NCBI GenBank assembly: GCA_043228905.1
Contig: JBHGNT010000571.1
Location: 1-20,317 of the forward strand
Length of the DNA stretch: 20,317 nt
DNA from: Azolla caroliniana
Lineage: Eukaryota > Plantae > Polypodiophyta
Direction: 5' to 3'
Under the pieces are notes generated by a model. That model ran no database searches, was not told the origin of the DNA, and saw nothing but the letters and a program-made list of their open reading frames with translations. The translations under genes and the position numbers were made by a program. Every line of letters starts with the position of its first letter. Positions within the stretch are counted from its first letter, which is position 1. Below are positions 1 through 9,029 of the stretch, in pieces.

Positions 1-60
1 AGATAGCTAATTAGCTATGTCAAGGACATAGCTAATTGTTTCCATTCCCATGCTTTCACC

Positions 61-282
61 ATTAGCCTAATTAGTCAATTCATGGTGCATCTGACTATGG
101 AGCACCTTTAGTGTGCGCAACGAATAGTCAGGTATGTCAGCGGCACCAAGGACTGGGGGGGTTGCTAAATCGGGCCGGTGTAGTCGTATACTTAGTTGGC
201 TACACGGATGCCAATTGGGCCGGAAATGTTGGTGATTTCAAGTCTACATCCGGTTATGTGTTTTCACTTGGAAGCGCCGAAT
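61..282 (+). pseudogene. Ty1/Copia RT-RNase H fragment, degenerate
   Basis: Manual translation gives ISLISQFMVHLTMEHL*CAQRIVRYVSGTKD, a frameshift in a G run, then LVGYTDANWAGNVGDFKSTSGYVFSLGS. This matches the Copia 'YTDADWAG...STSGYVF' RNase H start. Confidence 0.8.
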
Positions 283-583
283 AGTTTACAAGAAGTATGT
301 AATAGTTTGAACATGTGCCGCCAAAATTTTGAGATGAATTCGGGACCCCGCCACTAATAATATCATCTAGAAGACCGTGATGGCGAAACACCTCCCGCAT
401 GTATGTAATAGTTTGAACATGTGCCGCCAGAATTTTGAGATGAATTCGGAACATGTGCCGCCAGAGTTTACAAGAAGTATGTAATAGTTTGAACATGTGC
501 CGCCAAAATTTTGAGATGAATTCGGGACCCCGCCACTAATAATATCATCTAGAAGACCGTGATGGCGAAACACCTCCCACATG
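283..583. repeat. 119-bp direct duplication (283-401 / 465-583) with nested partial copies in the spacer
   Basis: Two copies 182 bp apart with one mismatch. The spacer is built from shorter copies of the same unit, and AACATGTGCCGCCA occurs four times. Confidence 0.9.
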
Positions 584-1294
584 AGTAAATCGGCTATCTC
601 TTGGCTAGTAATGGTCTTCGTGCATGGGAGGAAATGTGCCATCTTCATAAAACGATCTACTATTGTGAGAATAGAATCAAAATCCTTGGAATGTGGAAGA
701 TCCGTAATAAAGTCCAAGGAAATAGATTTCCATGGGCTCTCGGGAATATGCATTGGCTGTAATAAGGCATATGGATGACGTCGAGGCTTTTTTGATCGGC
801 AACATGTATTAGAACTACGAACATAATCCGTAACAAAATGGTGAAGCCATGGCCACCAATATCGAAATGTCTAGCCATTGGTGTGTCATGGCATTGTTGC
901 ACGACTTCGAGTCAAGAAGGGCCGTCAGGCACATACAAGAAAGTTTGTCGAAAAAGTAAACCATCATGCCAACTGAACTGGGTGTAGTCTAGACGAGGAT
1001 TTTGAGATTGGGAGCTGGAAGCACGATCTAGGGTAATATGGCTCAAAATCTCTTGGGCGAATCCATCGGTCGCAATATGCTCCCAAATGGAATCAAGAAG
1101 CCTTGAATCTCCTGGTGTGTTGATAGTATTCATTACCATTAGTCGTAGACGATTAGGATTTGCTTTTGACTTTCAAATGCGACCCCTCCTAGTTGAAGTT
1201 GCATATACGAACATCGAGATAAAGCATATGCTTTTTCTTGTTGCATCCCAGGGCGATATAGAATTACGAAATCAAAACGAGTTAAGAACAGTGC
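283..1294 (-). pseudogene. pol: Old Ty3/Gypsy (chromovirus-like) pol fragment: RNase H end, linker and integrase core
   Basis: Reads LFLTRFDFVILYRPG..AYALSR, LLFRQTFLYVPDGPS, CHDTPMARHF and PWKSISLDFITDLP..SILTIVDRFMKMAHFLPC, broken by stops, frameshifts and deletions. Collinear with the intact pol at 4409-7957. Confidence 0.88.
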
Positions 1295-2031
1295 TGATAA
1301 GGAAACCGGATGACGAGTACCTGGCTACGGAGAGCCGGATGGTGCAAACCCGGTGAGAGCCGGATGAGGAGTACCCGACTACGGAGAGCCGAATGGTGCG
1401 GACCCGGTGAGGACCGGATGAGGAGTACCTGGCTATAGAGAGCCGGATGGTGCAGACCCGGTGAGAACCGGATGAGGAATACCCGACTACGGAGAGCTGG
1501 ATGGTGCAGACCCGGTGAGAACCGGATGAGGAGTACCCGGCTACGGAGAGCCGGATGACGAGTGCCCGGCAAGATCTGGATGATGTAGGCCCGGTGAGGA
1601 GCGCTCTCCAGATGAAGAGACATATTCGTAAATATGTTTCTGAGAGTCCATCGTGGCTATATTTGTAGATAGCTGAAAAGTCATATTAGTATAATTATGA
1701 CTTAGGGCAAACTTTTATATATGTGTCGTTATTCTTGTCTGCGTGAGATCAGAGCGTGTAACTGTGTACAGAGAGAGAGAGAGAGGAAGAGGTCGTTGCC
1801 TTTGTTGTAACCGCTGCCTGTGGCGAAGATAGAAAGCTTGAGGTCGTTGCCTCGGTGCTTCACTGTTGTACATTGTAACATAGTGATAGTTTGCAGCCTA
1901 TGGGCTGCTGTGGTTTTTCCCTAGTTTGGGTTTTCCACGTAAACATCCTGTGTACTCTTCTCTTCACTGTGTCGTGCATCCTTACCTGTTTTTCTGTGTT
2001 AGATTTTAGACTCGGTTGTGGTTGAGCATCA
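1295..2031 (+). mobile_element. Orphan Copia-type LTR (about 737 bp), probably the 5' LTR of a truncated element
   Basis: TGAT...ATCA termini, U3 tandem array, TATA-like run near 1715-1722, (GA)n, and a U5 motif GGGTTTTCCACGTAAA similar to the Copia B LTR. No matching TSD. Followed by CATCGGAGC, which resembles a damaged Met PBS. Confidence 0.7.
1306..1600 (+). repeat. 54-bp GC-rich tandem array, about 5 copies, in LTR U3
   Basis: Units start with CCGGATGA at 1306, 1360, 1414, 1468 and 1522. Each unit has two CCGGATG half-units and the last unit decays. Confidence 0.92.
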
Positions 2032-2054
2032 TTCATCGGAGCGTGTAGTTCCCG

Positions 2055-2349
2055 TCACTCCATACAAATGGTCGATCCTTTTGCGTCAGTTGAGTGAGGG
2101 GCAATACAATCTTTGAATAATCTTTGATGAACTTGCGATAAAAGTTTGCGAATCTCAAAAAAATTGTACATCTCGCATAGACTGTGGTGTTTGCCAATCC
2201 AAACCTTTGATGGATCCATAGAGATGCCATTTGAAGAGACTATGTACCCCAAAAATTCCACTTGACATTAGTCGAAACTACACTTCTCCAATTTTGCATA
2301 GAGACCATACTCTCACAACCGCCGCAAAACTTGGGGAACGTGTATCTCA
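2055..2349 (-). pseudogene. pol: Old Gypsy RT C-terminal fragment, likely the same element as 283-1294
   Basis: Reads [35 protein letters not shown] and [32 protein letters not shown]. Confidence 0.85.
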
Positions 2350-2654
2350 TGTTGGGGACAAGGCCGTCAATGCGGAAGTGCAAGCAACATTCGTGATGAA
2401 GAAGAACCTGTGTATGCATGAGCAAGATAGACATAGAGGGAGAGAGAGAGAGAGAGAGAGAGGCAAAAAAGGAAACGTTATATTCAATAGCAACAGTTAC
2501 AAATAACAACCAACCTTTACTAAAGGTTACAAAGTCATTTTATATAGTGACTATCCTAGGGCAACTGCCCTTTATGCTATTTACAAAATTAGCCCGGACT
2601 TGGGCTATCCAAAGGGACAATGTGAATATGGCCATTATACACTCGTATTCGACA
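2350..2654 (-). repeat. 3' LTR of Copia A (305 bp)
   Basis: TGTTGGGGACA...TATTCGACA. Matches 12700-13029 with roughly a dozen substitutions, small indels and a shorter (AG)n. Confidence 0.93.
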
Positions 2655-2661
2655 CTCCTCC
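2655..2661 (-). other. Polypurine tract of Copia A
   Basis: Minus-strand GGAGGAG directly abuts the 3' LTR. Confidence 0.7.
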
Positions 2662-2883
2662 GTAATGGGCATATACATGGGTTATCTAAAGAATTACAGG
2701 TATATATACAAGGTTTATCGGACAGATCGGTTTTGTTAGAGTCGGCAAGATCCGAAGACAGAGGACTGAACCGGTCGGGTTGGAAGAATTGAAGCCGATC
2801 CTCAGAGAACCAATGTTGGTGGTCCGAAACCATCTTGTGCTGTGTGTCCGACTTTAACTGGAATGATTTTTCGTTACGCCCAT

Positions 2884-4087
2884 CTAGTGCCGAAGGGACC
2901 GGAAACAATCCGCCGAAAGACACTTGGTCATTCCATTTGCGACATTATCGGTTGTGGATATCTTCTCGAGACCAAATTTCCCTGAAATGACGGAGTCTCG
3001 AACGACGTGATATCGAACGTCGATATGCTTAGAGGCGTTGTGGGGAACTGGATTCTTTGACAAAGCAACAACATCCTGACTGTCGTTGTAGACAACTGGA
3101 GTCGAGTCGGAGTCGGCCTGTCGAAACGTGTGCGCCAGCTGACCGAGCCATAAAGCTTCTTTTGCCGTGTCGGACGCAGCTACATATTCCACTTCGGTCA
3201 TTGAGGTGGCTGAGCACGCTTGAAGTTTTGATTTCCACGAGATTGCTCCATTGCTGAATTTGAAATAGTATCCGGTTGTTGATTTCCGACTGTCCACACA
3301 GCCGGCGAAGTCCGAGTCGGTGTAACTAACTACGCCTGAGGTTGAGTTCGGACCGAAAAGAATGCGATGGTCTTTTGTGCCAGCTAGATATCTGGACACA
3401 TGCTTGACTACATGAGAGATATCTGGGGTTGTGCATGAATCTGCTGACGATTCCTACGACATGAGAGATATCAGGCCATGTCGCGACCATCGCGTACATG
3501 TGGGAGCCGACTGCCGGTGCATACGGTACCGACTTCATATCTTCCCCCTCCGGACCAGATGTCGGACAGTCTCACTGAGACAACCGAAGGTAAATGGGGA
3601 GTGGGGTTGAAGCAGACTTGGCCGATTGCATGTTGAAGCGTTCTAAGACACGTCCAATGTGTATCGCGATGCCGACTAATCTTCATACCAAGTATGTATC
3701 TTGCTGGACCGAGGTCCTTCATGGCAAACTTCAACCGCAGTTGCCGAACGAGTTCGGTGAGCTCTCCGGCATGCCGACCGGAGAGTAGCATGTCGTCCAC
3801 GTAGATGATGAGGAAGACGGGAGACCCGTCTTGAGTTGTTTTGGTGAAGAGAAAGTGATCCTCATCGCTCTTTGAGAAGCCGACCGATTGGATGAAGTCG
3901 TCGAACTTCTTGTACCACTGTCGAGGTGCCTGTTTCAGGCCGTAGAGACTCTTCTTGAGTCGGCAAACTAGATGTTCCTGGCCAGATGCCACAAAGCCTT
4001 TCGGCTGCTCCATATAGATTTCCTCCTGTAGGTCACCGTGGAGGAATGCCATTTTTACATCTACTTGAATCAGCTCCAAGTTGTCGT
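2884..4087 (-). pseudogene. pol: Copia A pol, RT C-terminal part and RNase H
   Basis: ELIQVDVKMAFLHGDL, LKKSLYGLKQAPRQWY, IIYVDDML, YTDSDFAG and SKHIDVRYH, spread over three frames. Confidence 0.93.
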
Positions 4088-4092
4088 CGACC

Positions 4093-4445
4093 TGTCACGG
4101 ATCATAAACTCAAGAGACAACCAAGAAGATAACCAAATGGACAAGAAAGAATATAGTACTAAAGGAAAGACTCCATAACTGGTGTTGTTCACCTTGAATT
4201 CCTTCAAGGTGAACTCCTCTATTTATACTACATGGCATGCATACTTGTTGCACGCATGTGAATCTACAATAGAGCATGTAGGTATGCATGCATGTGCCAA
4301 GTGTAAATACTACAAGGGAGCAACTATGCACATGATGCTAGCAAAATAATAAGGAACAATTACATACATAACTAGTACTAGATATCTTGGTTAACTCATA
4401 ATAGTAGATTATAACATGGTCGTGTCAAGAGTTCGAATCTTGACA
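4093..4445 (-). repeat. 3' LTR of chromovirus (353 bp)
   Basis: TGTCA...TGACA termini. Same sequence as 9030-9382. Confidence 0.97.
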
Positions 4446-7400
4446 TTATCCCCCCTCTTACGCCGCCTTCCCAAATCGGCCGCTGGTTTGTGGGGATATC
4501 GGTGATGAAAATCTTGGACGACCTCTGGGGCATTTTGTAAATTTGCCGATGGTTCCCATGTGGCCTCAGACATGGGGTAACCCCTCCATAGGACGAGGTA
4601 TTGCAAGTGTCGACGGTGCCAACGCGAGTCAAGGATTTGGTCGACCTCGTATTCCTCCCCTGTCGTCAATTGCACAGGTGGTGGTGGTGGGGCTTGACGT
4701 CCTGGGAGTTGTGAAGCATAATGGGGTTCGAGGAGGGAGACATGAAAAACATCGTGAATCCGGAAGTGGGATGGAAGGGCGAGCCGGAAGGCGACGGGAT
4801 TGATGCACTCGATGATACGGAATGGTCCCAACTTCTTGTAATCAAGTTTCGCACATGGACGAGTAGTAGAGATGTGTCGACGTAACAACCAGACCATGTC
4901 TCCAACGACAAAGTGTGGAGTGGAAGATCGATGGCGATCAGCCTGCTTCTTGTATCGTTCATTAGCAAGACTAAGCTCCAAGGATAAATCATGATGTACT
5001 TCTTCCAAAATGCGGGCACGATCCTCCGCCGAAGGGTTCACGGAAGTGGTAGGAAGGGAAATGTTGAAGCGAGGATGTAAACCATAGTTGGCAAAGAAGG
5101 GAGTGACGCCAGTCGATGCATGGAGAGAATTATTGTAGGCGAATTCCGCGAGCGAAAGTAAGTTGACCCAATCATCTTGTTGGTAACTAACCGAGCACCG
5201 AAGATACTGCTCAAGGATTTGGTTGACACGCTCCGTTTGCCCGTCAGTTTGGGGGTGATAAGCGGAGGACAACTTGACAGAGATGCCTAAAGTTTGTAGC
5301 AGGCGCTGCCAGAAGTGAGAGACAAACTGGGGTCCGCGATCCGAGATGACATCATCGGGGAGTCCATGCAAGCGTACTACATTGTTGAGTAGGAGATGCA
5401 CCATTCCTTCTCCGGAAATGGTTTTGGAGCATGGAGTGAAGTGAGCCATCTTCGTAAACCGATCGACAACGACCAACACCGAGTCATAACTATTGACCAA
5501 GGGTAGATCAGTTATCAGGTCCATAGAGATAGAGGCCCAAGGACGACGAGGACATGGAAGCGGCTGTAGTAAGCCGTATGGCCGATGATGAATGGCTTTG
5601 GAGCGAGCACAAACCTCACAACTCTTTATGTATTCTTTGACCAGCTTCCATGGTTGTGGCCACCAATACCCCCGAGAGATTAGCTCGAGGGTTTTCGCGA
5701 CCCCGAAATGACCTGCAAGTGGGTCATCGTGGCATTCCCGCAACACCCGGGTGCGACATGGGCCCTCTGGGACGTATAAGAGATGATCTCGGAACAACAA
5801 ACCCTCTTGTATGGTGAAGGTGTCAAGATCCTTCCTTTTGGTCGCCTTGGAGGGGTTTTGCAGACTATCTCGAATCTCGTTGGCGAACGCATCGGTCTTG
5901 GATGCATCAGTGATTTGTTGGAGTAAAGAATCATCCTGCAACATACAAGTGGCAAACATATGCAATTGGTCGGGTTTCAACAAACGTCTAGATTGTTGAG
6001 CATAAGCAGCATCCCCAGGGCGGAGTGCAAGGTCAGCTCGGCGAGAAAGGGCATCAGCCTTCCCATGTTGGCCACCAGGTCGAAATACAATCTCAAAATC
6101 GTAGTCAGCGAGAAATGTAGACCAACGGGCCTGCCTTCGATTCAAAGTACGAGTGGTGGAAAAATAAACTAAATTTTTATGATCAGTCACTACCTGGACA
6201 CGATGTTGTGCGCCGGCCAAGTAGGGTCGCCATTCTTCAAAGGCAGCAATGATAGCAGCAAGCTCCTTGTCGTAAATGGGATAATTGATTTCGGATGCCG
6301 TAAATTTTCGGGAATAGTAAGCCACTGGGTGCATTAGGTTGTTGTCGTCTGCTTGGGATAAGATGGCGCCAATGGCAAAGTCAGAGGCATCGGTTTCGAC
6401 TTGGAAGGGTTTTGTGGGGTCGGCATGTAGCAGCACCGGGGCAGTGATGAATGCGTGTTTGAGTGAGTCGAACGCATTTTGTGCCTCCGAGGTCCATAAA
6501 AATGGAGTGCCCTTATGGGTGAGAGCGATAAGAGGTTGTGCTAGGGTGGAAAACCCCTTGATGAAGCGACGGTAAAAATTTGCGAAGCCGAGGAAGGATT
6601 GCACATCTTTAAGTCGCCTTGGAGTCGCCCACGCCTGAATGACAGAGACCTTCTTCATATCCATGGTGATGCCAGTGGGCGAGATGATGTAGCCCAGAAA
6701 TTCGATCGAGGTACGGTCGAACTCGCATTTCTCGCCTTTGGCATAAAGGCCATGCTCGCGAAGTTTGGCCAGAACTAATCGGACTTGGCGAGTGTGCTCC
6801 TCCATGTTTGGCGAGAAAATGAGAATATCATCGAGGTAAATGACAACAAAAAGATCAAGATATTCCCGGAAAATATCGTTCATCATATGTTGAAAAACTG
6901 CGGGAGCGTTAGTAAGACCAAAAGGCATTACCTTGTATTCGAAATGCCCATACCGTGTTCGAAATGCGGTTTTCCATTCATCCCCCGGCTTGATGCGTAC
7001 TAGATTGTACGCGCCACGCAGATCAACTTTGGAGAAGACACGCGCAACTCGGAGCCGATCAAGGAGTTCGGGGATCAGAGGTAGCGGATAGCGGTTGCGC
7101 ACAGTGAGTTTGTTGAGACCTCGGTAGTCGACGCATAAGCGTAGAGAGCCGTCCTTCTTCTTCACAAATAAAATGGGGGCCCCGGCTGGTGACTTAGAAG
7201 GTTGAATAAAGCCTTTCGCGAGGTTCTCATCAAGATACACACGAAGGGCCTTCAACTCTGGTGCAGACAACGCATATAGAGGACCAAAGGGTGGACACGC
7301 ACCTTCTTGAAGATCAATCGGACAGTCGTAGAGCCGGTGTTCAGGCAACCGATCAGCATTACATTTTTCAAATACGTCGGAGAAGTGTTGGTATTTTTCG

Positions 7401-7957
7401 GGAATAACATGGAGTGTGTTAGAAATGGCGCCACAAACAAACCCATCCTGGACGGATGATGGGGTAGTCAATTCGGAGTCGACCGTCTCCGAAGGATAGG
7501 AAACTGAATTTACCTTCATACTTTTGCACGAGCATCTTGGCTTGCTAAATGTGATCGAGCGGTTGCACCAATCTACTATTGGATTGTGCGCCTCCAACCA
7601 CGTTAGTCCTAAGACGATCGGATGTCGAGGAGATGCGATGAGGTAAAAGGTGAGCTCCTCTTGGTGTGAGCCCACCCGAAGCCCTAATGGGATTGTAGCT
7701 TGAGTAATTGCACCTGACGAGAGGACGCACCCGTCGATGGCTTCAACTGGAATGGGTTTTGAGAGGCCAACGACAGGTACGCCATGTGCTTGGGCAAACG
7801 CGACGTCGATGAAGCAAGAAGATGCCCCAGAATCAAGTAAAGCAACAGACTGAATGGAACTAGAGTTAAACGAAAGCCATACCTCCAATGTGAAATTGCC
7901 TGATGGTCCGGCAATGGAACCAAGAGAATGTGGGCGACGGGAGATGTCCAGTTGCAT
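4409..7957 (-). CDS. pol: Pol polyprotein (protease, RT, RNase H, integrase, chromodomain), probably made as a Gag-Pol fusion by -1 frameshift
   Basis: 1182 aa ORF with LLDSGAS (PR), YLDDILI (RT), TDASD/TDHKNL/ADALSR (RH), HHCC plus D,D,E (SMDL, ISDRG, GQTERVN), a GPF motif and chromodomain EEYEVDQILDSR..YLVLWRGY..ATWEP. The stop lies inside the 3' LTR. Confidence 0.96.
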   Translation of the reverse strand: MQLDISRRPHSLGSIAGPSGNFTLEVWLSFNSSSIQSVALLDSGASSCFIDVAFAQAHGVPVVGLSKPIPVEAIDGCVLSSGAITQATIPLGLRVGSHQEELTFYLIASPRHPIVLGLTWLEAHNPIVDWCNRSITFSKPRCSCKSMKVNSVSYPSETVDSELTTPSSVQDGFVCGAISNTLHVIPEKYQHFSDVFEKCNADRLPEHRLYDCPIDLQEGACPPFGPLYALSAPELKALRVYLDENLAKGFIQPSKSPAGAPILFVKKKDGSLRLCVDYRGLNKLTVRNRYPLPLIPELLDRLRVARVFSKVDLRGAYNLVRIKPGDEWKTAFRTRYGHFEYKVMPFGLTNAPAVFQHMMNDIFREYLDLFVVIYLDDILIFSPNMEEHTRQVRLVLAKLREHGLYAKGEKCEFDRTSIEFLGYIISPTGITMDMKKVSVIQAWATPRRLKDVQSFLGFANFYRRFIKGFSTLAQPLIALTHKGTPFLWTSEAQNAFDSLKHAFITAPVLLHADPTKPFQVETDASDFAIGAILSQADDNNLMHPVAYYSRKFTASEINYPIYDKELAAIIAAFEEWRPYLAGAQHRVQVVTDHKNLVYFSTTRTLNRRQARWSTFLADYDFEIVFRPGGQHGKADALSRRADLALRPGDAAYAQQSRRLLKPDQLHMFATCMLQDDSLLQQITDASKTDAFANEIRDSLQNPSKATKRKDLDTFTIQEGLLFRDHLLYVPEGPCRTRVLRECHDDPLAGHFGVAKTLELISRGYWWPQPWKLVKEYIKSCEVCARSKAIHHRPYGLLQPLPCPRRPWASISMDLITDLPLVNSYDSVLVVVDRFTKMAHFTPCSKTISGEGMVHLLLNNVVRLHGLPDDVISDRGPQFVSHFWQRLLQTLGISVKLSSAYHPQTDGQTERVNQILEQYLRCSVSYQQDDWVNLLSLAEFAYNNSLHASTGVTPFFANYGLHPRFNISLPTTSVNPSAEDRARILEEVHHDLSLELSLANERYKKQADRHRSSTPHFVVGDMVWLLRRHISTTRPCAKLDYKKLGPFRIIECINPVAFRLALPSHFRIHDVFHVSLLEPHYASQLPGRQAPPPPPVQLTTGEEYEVDQILDSRWHRRHLQYLVLWRGYPMSEATWEPSANLQNAPEVVQDFHHRYPHKPAADLGRRRKRGDNVKIRTLDTTML
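4446..4459 (-). other. Polypurine tract of chromovirus
   Basis: Minus-strand AAGAGGGGGGATAA immediately before the 3' LTR. Confidence 0.9.
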
Positions 7958-7990
7958 GGCTCCTACTGCAACCGAACGATGTCGTTTTCC
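7940..7990 (-). other. Predicted -1 ribosomal frameshift signal (slippery site plus stem-loop/pseudoknot)
   Basis: G GAA AAC at 7990-7984, a 6-nt spacer, and an 11-bp stem GTTCGGTTGCA/TGCAACTGGAC with two G-U pairs. Loop GGAG can pair with downstream CTCC. Pol is in the -1 frame. Confidence 0.7.
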
Positions 7991-8979
7991 GGATGTTGGG
8001 GTCCGTTAGCTCGATGGAATTGTGGGCGAGTACTCCTAGGACAATGGCGAACGACATGACCGGAGGCGCCACAATACATGCACAAGCCATTAGCCCGCCG
8101 AAATTGTCGTTCAGCATCAGTCAATGGCCGAAATCGGGCTTGATCAATTTCCATGGGGACAGGAGCATCTGCCGAAGTAGGCGAGTGTGAGGATGCTTGG
8201 GGTTGTATGACCGGGGCGTGGCGTGGAAGTGAATGAGGTGGAACCCAAGTCCGGCGCTCTTCTTGGCGAAATTCGAAAAGACGATTGTCACAATGGACTG
8301 CTTGTGAAATCGCTTGGGATAACGAGGTGGGCTCCGGAAAGTTTAAGAGAAGATTCTTGACATTGCTTCGAAGACCGCGCCGAAAGTGATCAACTAAAGC
8401 TTGATCATCCCAATTGACGTCGCATGCTAGTTGTCGAAATTCGGAAGCATAGACCGAAGCTGCACGTGAACCTTGTTCGAGTGCATAAATCTTGTTAAGA
8501 GCTGTACGTCGTCGGTCCGTCTCTCCAAATGTGGCCTCTAACTCGGCGAGGAAGGCGGGAAAGTCCTCCAATAAAGGTGATGAGGTTTCTACCAATGGTG
8601 CAAACCAAGCTTGGGCCGGACCGGAGAGAAGGGTGCCCACAAGACCGACTTGTCGAAGACCATCTCCATAACGTTGAGGTTGTAGCCGAATGATAAGTCG
8701 AACTTGGTTGATGAACCCTCGGAAACGCGACCTCGTTCCATCAAATTTTTCTGGGAGGCTAACCTTAGGCTCAAGAAACTGTGACGAAGCTAGGCTAGAT
8801 GTTGGTAGAAGATCGGGCTCTAGGCTAGGTTGTTGTGGGAGACTAGGGTTCGGGGGTTGTGAGGATAAGGAGGTACCGACTTGAAGTTCTTGTAAAGAAT
8901 TTCGAAGGGCTTCATTTTCAAGTTGTAGTTGTCGTAAGGCTACCATTATTTGGCCTAACTCACTAGTTGAGTCGGACAT
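7963..8979 (-). CDS. gag: Gag (retrotransposon capsid, CCHC zinc knuckle)
   Basis: 338 aa with an N-terminal coiled-coil-like segment, EPKVSLPEKFDG (PEG10/sushi-type capsid), QG..ASVYASEF, PVPMEID and CMYCGASGHVVRHC. Confidence 0.95.
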   Translation of the reverse strand: MSDSTSELGQIMVALRQLQLENEALRNSLQELQVGTSLSSQPPNPSLPQQPSLEPDLLPTSSLASSQFLEPKVSLPEKFDGTRSRFRGFINQVRLIIRLQPQRYGDGLRQVGLVGTLLSGPAQAWFAPLVETSSPLLEDFPAFLAELEATFGETDRRRTALNKIYALEQGSRAASVYASEFRQLACDVNWDDQALVDHFRRGLRSNVKNLLLNFPEPTSLSQAISQAVHCDNRLFEFRQEERRTWVPPHSLPRHAPVIQPQASSHSPTSADAPVPMEIDQARFRPLTDAERQFRRANGLCMYCGASGHVVRHCPRSTRPQFHRANGPQHPENDIVRLQ

Positions 8980-9016
8980 AGCTATGGCTTATGAGAGGGA
9001 GAGCTATGAGGATGGG

Positions 9017-9027
9017 AAGGTGAACAA
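9017..9027 (-). other. Non-tRNA primer-binding site (putative self-priming)
   Basis: Minus-strand TTGTTCACCTT, 2 nt after the 5' LTR. It lacks TGG and is the exact complement of AAGGTGAACAA at 9132-9122 in the LTR. Confidence 0.75.
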
Positions 9028-9029
9028 AC

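Noticed and set aside
1306-1600. CRISPR-like periodic repeats
   Set aside because: The units are contiguous tandem copies without unique spacers, in a eukaryotic LTR, with no cas genes.
2345-2349. TCTCA/ACTCA as a true TSD for Copia A
   Set aside because: Only a 4/5 match, and the sequences beyond it belong to different elements, so it is not accepted as evidence of a simple insertion.
4110-4331. Identical 73-aa ORFs at 4110-4331 and 9047-9268
   Set aside because: A by-product of LTR identity. It starts upstream of the predicted start site and has no domain.
7963-8979. Domesticated PEG10/RTL1-like host gene
   Set aside because: The ORF sits within identical LTRs with a TSD, so it is an ordinary gag.
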